The position numbers were made by a program, and so were the translations under genes. This document shows positions 9,310 through 13,833 of a stretch of DNA of 31,760 bases, one piece after another (positions within the stretch are counted from its first letter, which is position 1; each line of letters begins with the position of its first letter). Source of the stretch: a virus. Its lineage: Duplodnaviria > Caudoviricetes. Where the stretch lies: positions 1 through 31,760 of IMG/VR virus record IMGVR_UViG_3300012200_000013; one strand, written 5' to 3'. The notes below the pieces were generated by a model that worked only from the letters and a program-made list of their open reading frames with translations, searched no databases and was not told the DNA's origin.

Positions 9310-9395
9310 TGGAGGAGAGAGTGAGAGTCGAACTCACACGACCTTTCGGTCGACAGTTTAGCAAACTGTTGCGGCTACCGTTTCGCCACCTCTCC
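9310..9395 (-). tRNA. tRNA-Ser(GCT)
   Basis: acagt-TTGCTAA-actgt; long variable arm; CCA. Confidence 0.92.
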
Positions 9396-9518
9396 GTATG
9401 TACTGCCGTCGCAGCTACTAGACGAAGTCGATGATGAGTTAAGTGTAGTCATATAAAATTTGCCCATTGCCCCGGGTCCAGGGTATCACTCGGAGTTTCA
9501 CCGAGTAGTACAGAATAT

Positions 9519-9595
9519 TGGCGAGACATGGCAGACTTGAACTGCCACCGTACGGTTTTGGAGACCGACATGCTGCCGCTAACACTTATGACTCG
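9519..9595 (-). tRNA. tRNA-Trp(CCA)
   Basis: cggt-CTCCAAA-accg; TTCAAGT; CCA. Confidence 0.9.
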
Positions 9596-9603
9596 CAGAA
9601 AAT

Positions 9604-9677
9604 TGGTACCCGTGGAGAGAATCGAACTCTCGCTACCGCCGTGAGAGGGCGGCGTTCTGCCACTAGACTACATGGGC
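9604..9677 (-). tRNA. tRNA-Glu(CTC)
   Basis: ccgcc-CTCTCAC-ggcgg; TTCGATT; CCA. Confidence 0.93.
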
Positions 9678-9685
9678 ACATAAAT

Positions 9686-9762
9686 TGGACTACCGAGTCA
9701 GACTCGAACTGACTAAGAGCGGGTTTGCAATCCGCCGCTTCGACCACTTCAGCATTCGATAG
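9686..9762 (-). tRNA. tRNA-Cys(GCA)
   Basis: gcgga-TTGCAAA-cccgc; U73; CCA. Confidence 0.92.
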
Positions 9763-9767
9763 ATAAA

Positions 9768-9842
9768 TGGCGGAGATACCGGGAATCGGACCCGGACTTT
9801 ACCCGTGACAGGGGTATGTCGTTACCAACTGACCCTATCTCC
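9768..9842 (-). tRNA. tRNA-Asp(GTC)
   Basis: taccc-CTGTCAC-gggta; T-loop TCCGATT; G73; CCA. Confidence 0.9.
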
Positions 9843-9846
9843 GTAA

Positions 9847-9922
9847 AGGCTGTCACCCTCAGATTCGAACTGAGACCGTCCTCATTAACAGTGAGGCGTC
9901 CTGCCGGTTAGACCAGATGACA
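9847..9922 (-). tRNA. tRNA-Asn(GTT); 3' end encoded as CCT, not CCA
   Basis: cctca-CTGTTAA-tgagg; TTCGAAT. Confidence 0.9.
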
Positions 9923-9930
9923 ATTGAACT

Positions 9931-10019
9931 TGGTGGAAAAGGTCCGAATCGAACGGACTACGTCTCAGGGACGGCTTGTTTTACAGACAAGTGCGACTCT
10001 CCAACTTCGCCGCTTTTCC
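9931..10019 (-). tRNA. tRNA-Tyr(GTA)
   Basis: cttgt-CTGTAAA-acaag; long variable arm; CCA. Confidence 0.92.
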
Positions 10020-10020
10020 A

Positions 10021-10245
10021 TTATTGATTAAAAAATCTTTGCGTGTCTGCTGATCTTGTCTCAAGAGTTGAACCGCAAGTAATAATCGGATACGTCGGCC
10101 ATTGAGGCGTGTACGGTGCGACCCGCGGCTCAACATAAGGCATATAAGGAATAACAGTAATACCCATCGGCCGCGCTTCAAGCGCCGTAATCCTTGCCTT
10201 CAACAATTCAATCTCTGCCATTAATTTCTTTTCTAATTTCGTCAT
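10021..10245 (-). CDS. Small coiled-coil/Pro-rich protein inside the tRNA array
   Basis: GAGGA RBS; LKARITALEAR heptad; fits exactly between tRNAs. Confidence 0.7.
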   Translation of the reverse strand: MTKLEKKLMAEIELLKARITALEARPMGITVIPYMPYVEPRVAPYTPQWPTYPIITCGSTLETRSADTQRFFNQ

Positions 10246-10257
10246 ATATCCTCAAAT

Positions 10258-10332
10258 TGGTCACCGAGCCGCGATTCGAACGCGGATCACGCGCTTAGGA
10301 GGCACGTCTCTATCCACTTGAGCTACTCGGTA
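10258..10332 (-). tRNA. tRNA-Arg(CCT)
   Basis: cgtgc-CTCCTAA-gcgcg; TTCGAAT; CCA. Confidence 0.88.
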
Positions 10333-10340
10333 ATGTTAAT

Positions 10341-10685
10341 TGGCTGTCATTAAGCAGGATTCTGTTCGGCTTGCGCCGTGACAATCATTCCTCTAATGCT
10401 CTCAACCCGGCCGTCGACACGCTAAGTAAACGCTCAGGCCCTATTTGAGATTGCACCAGTGTGGAGTGCCTTCGCTTGAATGAGTAGTATCTCAGGGACT
10501 CTTTGCCTCGGTTTCCCTACCTGGGTTGCACCCCGGATTCGGCATACCATCCTGACTTCAAAACCTACTACGAAGCCTTACCCGTCCGATTACTCGGCCC
10601 GCAACTTCCACGGCACTGTACTTAGATGTGTCCTGACTTTCCTCCAGTTCGGCTTACGCCTCACCAGCGATTGTCTTGACTGCCA
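10341..10685 (-). ncRNA. rnpB: RNase P RNA (bacterial type A-like catalytic domain, atypical S-domain, no P18)
   Basis: CR-I GAGGAAAGTCAGGAC pairs (P4) with CR-V ACAGAATCCTGCTTA. P1 TGGCAGTCA/TGACAGCCA, P2 GACAATC/GATTGTC, CTCCACACTGGTGCAA junction, P15 TCTCAA/TTGAGA and CR-IV AGAGGAATGAT are all present. Confidence 0.92.
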
Positions 10686-10694
10686 AAATCAAAA

Positions 10695-10770
10695 TGGTCG
10701 ACAGGGTGAGATTTGCACTCACGACCCTCCGCTTAGAAGGCGGGTGCTCTATCTGCTGAGCTACCCATCG
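10695..10770 (-). tRNA. tRNA-Arg(TCT)
   Basis: ccgc-CTTCTAA-gcgg; T-loop TGCAAAT; CCA. Confidence 0.9.
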
Positions 10771-10774
10771 AAAT

Positions 10775-10848
10775 TGGTCGCCCGCACGGGAATCGAACCC
10801 GTGTCACTTGATTGAAAGTCAAGTGTGCTGCCACTGCACCAGCAGGCT
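10775..10848 (-). tRNA. tRNA-Glu(TTC)
   Basis: cttga-CTTTCAA-tcaag; TTCGATT; CCA. Confidence 0.9.
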
Positions 10849-10852
10849 AAAA

Positions 10853-10942
10853 TGGTTGTCGGTGTAGGTATCGATCCTACTCGGCTCTCCAATCTGGAGA
10901 ATCGCGGTTTATAAGGCCGCGCTGCATCCTATGCTACCGACA
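10853..10942 (-). tRNA. Atypical tRNA with UAU anticodon (Ile-reading), tiny D-arm and long variable arm
   Basis: Acceptor TGTCGGT/ACCGACA; D-arm GCAT-AGG-ATGC; anticodon loop CTTATAA; variable arm TTCTCCA-GAT-TGGAGAG; T-loop ATCGATA; CCA. Confidence 0.75.
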
Positions 10943-10949
10943 TCAAACT

Positions 10950-11025
10950 TGGTAGCGCGTCAGGGATTCGAACCCCGGACTTCCTCTTTGTAGGAGAGGC
11001 ACTCTAGCCGCTGAGTTAACACGCT
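10950..11025 (-). tRNA. tRNA-Val(TAC)
   Basis: cctct-CCTACAA-agagg; TTCGAAT; CCA. Confidence 0.93.
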
Positions 11026-11026
11026 A

Positions 11027-11102
11027 TGGGGGTCCCGCTCGGACTCAAACCGAGATAATCAGTTTCGAAGACTGAAGCCCTTTTCAGTTGGACGACAGGA
11101 CC
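11027..11102 (-). tRNA. tRNA-Arg(TCG)
   Basis: tcagt-CTTCGAA-actga; T-loop TTTGAGT; CCA. Confidence 0.88.
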
Positions 11103-11111
11103 GTAAAAACT

Positions 11112-11186
11112 TGGTGGGCCGCCCACGAATTGAACGTGGTCTCGACGGGTTAAGAGCCCGCTGTGCTGCCGTAACACTTGCAGCCC
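11112..11186 (-). tRNA. tRNA-Lys(CTT)
   Basis: gcggg-CTCTTAA-cccgt; TTCAATT; CCA. Confidence 0.92.
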
Positions 11187-11197
11187 AAACTTTATAA

Positions 11198-11275
11198 TGG
11201 CTGGAGAAACGGGGAATCTCACCCACCGCACGCACTCACCCGGCGCGACCGGAAAACTTTGTGCCACTCTCTCCA
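11198..11275 (-). ncRNA. tRNA-like RNA with acceptor stem, T-like arm and CCA, but no canonical D or anticodon arm
   Basis: TGGAGAGA/TTTCTCCA-G-CCA; GGG-TGAGATT-CCC arm; internal GCAC..TCCGG-TCGCG-CCGGG..GTGC stem. Confidence 0.6.
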
Positions 11276-11282
11276 CAGAAAT

Positions 11283-11358
11283 TGGTAGGTCGGGTGGGAG
11301 TCAAACCCACAACGTTCCGATTAAAAGTCGGGCACTCTGTCAATTGAGTTACCGGCCT
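11283..11358 (-). tRNA. tRNA-Lys(TTT)
   Basis: ccga-CTTTTAA-tcgg; T-loop TTTGACT; CCA. Confidence 0.9.
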
Positions 11359-11366
11359 ACAGAAAC

Positions 11367-11440
11367 TGGAGCTTCGTGAAAGAATCGAACTTTCACCTTG
11401 TCCTTACCAAGGACACGTTCTGCCATTGAACCAACAAAGC
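11367..11440 (-). tRNA. tRNA-Thr(GGT)
   Basis: tgtcc-TTGGTAA-ggaca; TTCGATT; CCA. Confidence 0.92.
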
Positions 11441-11449
11441 TCAAAAAGT

Positions 11450-11585
11450 GTTGTGCGACTGGCGTTACTTGCTACTCGAAAGCAGCAGGACCTACCGTCA
11501 TTGGATGGTAGCCAGCGTGAGGGAAGTATCCGAGGATGCTCTCACATCACTTCGGCCAACTATCGCACGATACTATCCGCACAAC
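11450..11585 (-). ncRNA. Unassigned multibranch RNA D
   Basis: Closing stem GTTGTGCG/CGCACAAC enclosing at least four hairpins, including TGCTGCT-TTCG-AGTAGCA. Confidence 0.65.
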
Positions 11586-11593
11586 TGAGAGAC

Positions 11594-11667
11594 TGGAGCC
11601 CAGTAAATGAGTCGAACATTTACCTGCAAGGTACGAACTTGCTGTACTGCCACTATACTAACCGGGC
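11594..11667 (-). tRNA. tRNA-Thr(CGT)
   Basis: gcaag-TTCGTAC-cttgc; TTCGACT; CCA. Confidence 0.9.
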
Positions 11668-11758
11668 TCAGAAAATGTTGGGGCTCCCTCGCGGGCCCGC
11701 CCTCCGGGGTGACTTTCCTTTACGTTTTCACGCCAGGTATTAAAGCCACAAACAGTAT

Positions 11759-11832
11759 TGGAGCGGAACGCCGGAATCTAACCGGCCTACTCTGGGTGGA
11801 AGCCAGATGCCCGGACACTAGGCCAGTCCCGC
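11759..11832 (-). tRNA. tRNA-Gly(TCC)
   Basis: tctgg-CTTCCAC-ccaga; T-loop TTAGATT; U73; CCA. Confidence 0.88.
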
Positions 11833-11837
11833 CAAAT

Positions 11838-11909
11838 TGGTAGCCGCAGCCGGATTCGGACCGGCGGAGTCAAGGTTATGAGTCTTGATTGAATCCAATT
11901 CTTACGGCA
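11838..11909 (-). tRNA. Atypical tRNA(CAT) (Met or Ile2) with tiny D-arm
   Basis: Anticodon loop CTCATAA; D-arm GAAT-TGG-ATTC; U1:U72 mismatch; T-loop TCCGAAT; CCA. Confidence 0.8.
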
Positions 11910-11923
11910 ACAGAAAATTTATT

Positions 11924-12130
11924 CGTCGTGACAAACGTTTGCAGCCGGATGCCTTCGTCACAACGGCTGGTCAGGCTATGTTGTCGTGAGCCCCGAGGGA
12001 CTGGCGACATGACCCGACTTCACACCAGATTAGCCTGCGCAAGCTTTAGCATCTCTCCGGCAGGAAGCGTGTAAACTTTGTCGAGCGTCAAGATCGGCTC
12101 TGGCCGATACTCATGACCTGTTCTCTCGAC
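11924..12130 (-). ncRNA. Unassigned structured RNA F directly downstream of the internal promoter
   Basis: 5' hairpin GTCGAG..ATCGGC-CAGA-GCCGAT..CTCGAC, long interrupted stem, and 12-bp 3' stem CGTTGTGACGAA/TTTGTCACGACG. Confidence 0.6.
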
Positions 12131-12171
12131 TTGCATAGTGTCTCACAAACTGATTTGTTTGTCAAGCACTA
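12124..12171 (-). promoter_or_regulatory. tRNA-array promoter, copy 1
   Basis: TTGACA-N17-GACACT. 48-bp near-identical copy at 13834-13881. Confidence 0.8.
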
Positions 12172-12183
12172 TTTTCAGAAATT

Positions 12184-12257
12184 TGGTGGATCGCCGGGGA
12201 ATCGCACCCCGATCTTCTCGGTGCAAGCGAGATGTTCTCCTGTTATACTAGCAACCC
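12184..12257 (-). tRNA. tRNA-Ala(TGC)
   Basis: tctcg-CTTGCAC-cgaga; G3:U70; T-loop TGCGATT; CCA. Confidence 0.92.
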
Positions 12258-12403
12258 ACAGAAACTTTAGCTTCTTCTGGAATACGAAGCTCGTAAATCT
12301 TAAGACCGTCTACGTTTTGTTTTCTCACCCATCCGGCGTTTACAACAGGCGGCAGCGATTCAAAAATACTATCTAAGATTTCTTCAATCATTTGTTTCTC
12401 CAT
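12248..12403 (-). CDS. Small hypothetical protein between tRNAs
   Basis: ORF MEKQMIEEILD... fills the spacer. GGAG precedes the second Met. The last codons overlap the tRNA-Ala 5' end. Confidence 0.5.
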   Translation of the reverse strand: MEKQMIEEILDSIFESLPPVVNAGWVRKQNVDGLKIYELRIPEEAKVSVGC

Positions 12404-12408
12404 AAAAT

Positions 12409-12492
12409 TGGTGCGCCGCGAGAGACTCGAACTCCCACCCAATTAAGGACTGCTTTCTAAGAGCAGCGTGTCTGCCATTCCACCAGCAGCGC
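12409..12492 (-). tRNA. tRNA-Leu(TAG)
   Basis: ctgct-CTTAGAA-agcag; variable arm; CCA. Confidence 0.93.
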
Positions 12493-12493
12493 G

Positions 12494-12793
12494 TTACTTA
12501 ATATTTTTCGACTTCGACGGAATCAGCACGGACTGTCGGTATACCTTTCCGTAATAACCACCGATTCTACAATCACCTGCATCGACTAGATAATCAAGAG
12601 CACAACACTCTGACACAGGCAAATTATTTACCAACTCAAACAAATCAAATGGGTGAATGTACGTTACTTCGCCGGGACCTTCTGTTAGTTGCTTTATAAT
12701 CGCCTTCTGTTCTTCAACAGTGGTTCTTAAATATTCTATCTCAGCCTGGACATGGCTCATTTTGTATTTTACGTAATTCATTATATCAGTCAT
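12494..12793 (-). CDS. Hypothetical protein (N-terminal coiled coil)
   Basis: AAGGA RBS; fits between tRNAs. Confidence 0.7.
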   Translation of the reverse strand: MTDIMNYVKYKMSHVQAEIEYLRTTVEEQKAIIKQLTEGPGEVTYIHPFDLFELVNNLPVSECCALDYLVDAGDCRIGGYYGKVYRQSVLIPSKSKNIK

Positions 12794-12814
12794 TGTTTTC
12801 CTTCTTACATATAT

Positions 12815-12901
12815 TGGTAGGCCGTATCGGATTCGGACCGATATGGGGTGTTAGCCCGGCGGGTTTTAAATCCGCTGTGTCTGCCATTCCACCAACAGCC
12901 T
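12815..12901 (-). tRNA. tRNA-Leu(TAA)
   Basis: gcgga-TTTAAAA-cccgc; variable arm; T-loop TCCGAAT; CCA. Confidence 0.9.
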
Positions 12902-12905
12902 AAAT

Positions 12906-12993
12906 TGGTCGGCCACTCCGGACTTGCACCGGAACGCTATGTTTCAAGCAACGGGTTTTGAGTCCGTCGTGTCTGCTATTCCACCAGCAGCCG
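12906..12993 (-). tRNA. tRNA-Leu(CAA)
   Basis: acgga-CTCAAAA-cccgt; variable arm; T-loop TGCAAGT; CCA. Confidence 0.9.
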
Positions 12994-13141
12994 TAAATTC
13001 TTTCTTAGTCTTTCTAATTTCTTTCAGTGCGTATCGCTTGTCTTGCCAAACCGATATCTGAATGTAAAAAATCGCTGCGAGCGACATCGCTGGTATCAAC
13101 AGCGCCAGGAACCACGTCAGACTGAATAGAAACGTTTGCAT
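12944..13141 (-). CDS. Possible small single-TM protein (MQTFLFSLTWFLALL...)
   Basis: Hydrophobic helix plus basic tail fills the spacer, but the frame runs into tRNA-Leu(CAA) and lacks a clear RBS. Confidence 0.4.
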   Translation of the reverse strand: MQTFLFSLTWFLALLIPAMSLAAIFYIQISVWQDKRYALKEIRKTKKEFTAAGGIADTTDSKPVA

Positions 13142-13146
13142 AAAAT

Positions 13147-13225
13147 TGGTCGGGGAAGCTGAATTCGAATCAGCGATCTCTGCTTTCCAAAAGCAGCGGG
13201 AACGGCCAGACTTCCCCATTCCCCG
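13147..13225 (-). tRNA. tRNA-Pro(TGG)
   Basis: ctgct-TTTGGAA-agcag; TTCGAAT; CCA. Confidence 0.9.
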
Positions 13226-13237
13226 ATTAAACTTCAA

Positions 13238-13354
13238 AATCCGGATATTTTTCCAAAAGATGTTTCTCGCAATAATGTTTTGTAGTTGGTATTCTATCAT
13301 CTAAATCATGAATAGAATATTTAGCTATGCGAGAACATCGGCAACAAAGATCAT
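13238..13354. repeat. Long imperfect AT-rich hairpin/inverted repeat
   Basis: Nested pairings AATCCGGA/TCCGGATT, GATGTTTCTCGCA/TGCGAGAACATC and TATTCTAT/ATAGAATA. Confidence 0.7.
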
Positions 13355-13389
13355 AGTCCGGATTATTCATCTTTGATATTTTCATAAAA

Positions 13390-13463
13390 TGGTCGGGAAT
13401 GCTGGAATCGAATCAGCGCCTCCTGTATCCGAAACAGGTAGACTACCACTATCACAATTCCCG
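13390..13463 (-). tRNA. tRNA-Pro(CGG)
   Basis: cctgt-TTCGGAT-acagg; TTCGATT; CCA. Confidence 0.9.
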
Positions 13464-13467
13464 AAAT

Positions 13468-13541
13468 TGGGGTAACCCGTTGGATTTGCACCAACCCTAT
13501 CAGCGTCACAGGCTGAAGTGCTGCTACTACACCAGGGCTAC
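13468..13541 (-). tRNA. tRNA-His(GTG)
   Basis: tcagc-CTGTGAC-gctga; C73; T-loop TGCAAAT; CCA. Confidence 0.9.
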
Positions 13542-13549
13542 ACAAAATG

Positions 13550-13644
13550 CGCCGACGTCCTTCCGTTAGACGACTCGTTACGAGCCGGGAATCGAAACCC
13601 GGATATTCGGCTGACCTGCCTGAATGCGCTATGGCTCTTCAGGA
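13550..13644 (-). ncRNA. Unassigned structured RNA H (hairpin plus 4-way junction with T-arm-like loop)
   Basis: CCTGAA/TTCAGG hairpin. GCCGA/TCGGC closes CCGGG-TTTCGATT-CCCGG, CTCG-TAA-CGAG and CGTC/GACG. Confidence 0.55.
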
Positions 13645-13654
13645 CTTTAATTTA

Positions 13655-13740
13655 TTGACAACCACTCCCTGACGCGATTAAGCTTCGCCTTCCGCCCTAA
13701 TGGGCTCCATCTCTGGTGCGATACGCGCTGCCGTTGTCAA
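13655..13740 (-). ncRNA. Unassigned structured RNA I
   Basis: TTGACAAC/GTTGTCAA closing stem. Junction with CCA-GAGA-TGG and GCCC-ATTA-GGGC hairpins. Confidence 0.6.
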
Positions 13741-13743
13741 ACT

Positions 13744-13817
13744 TGGAGCCAAATGTAAGAATCTAACTCACGCCCGCGAGGTACAAGCTCGCTGTTCTAA
13801 CATTAAACTAATTTGGC
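13744..13817 (-). tRNA. tRNA-Thr(TGT)
   Basis: gcgag-CTTGTAC-ctcgc; T-loop TTAGATT; CCA. Confidence 0.9.
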
Positions 13818-13833
13818 TTAAACTTTTTGTCAT

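Noticed and set aside
11678-11751. Twister ribozyme
   Set aside because: UAA and GAGGG flanks are present, but P2 and the P4/L4 consensus cannot be formed.
12055-12070. SRP RNA helix-8-like CCGGCAGGAAGC on the + strand
   Set aside because: Lacks the flanking CAGG/AGCA symmetric loop and lies antisense to the array.
13620-13644. CTGAAGA resembling a hammerhead core
   Set aside because: No GAAA after a stem II, and the segment folds as a simple CCTGAA/TTCAGG hairpin.
8444-13817. tmRNA or suppressor tRNA/alternative genetic code
   Set aside because: No tmRNA ends or tag reading frame were found. There is no CUA, UCA or UUA anticodon, and long genes read through in the standard code with all three stops used.
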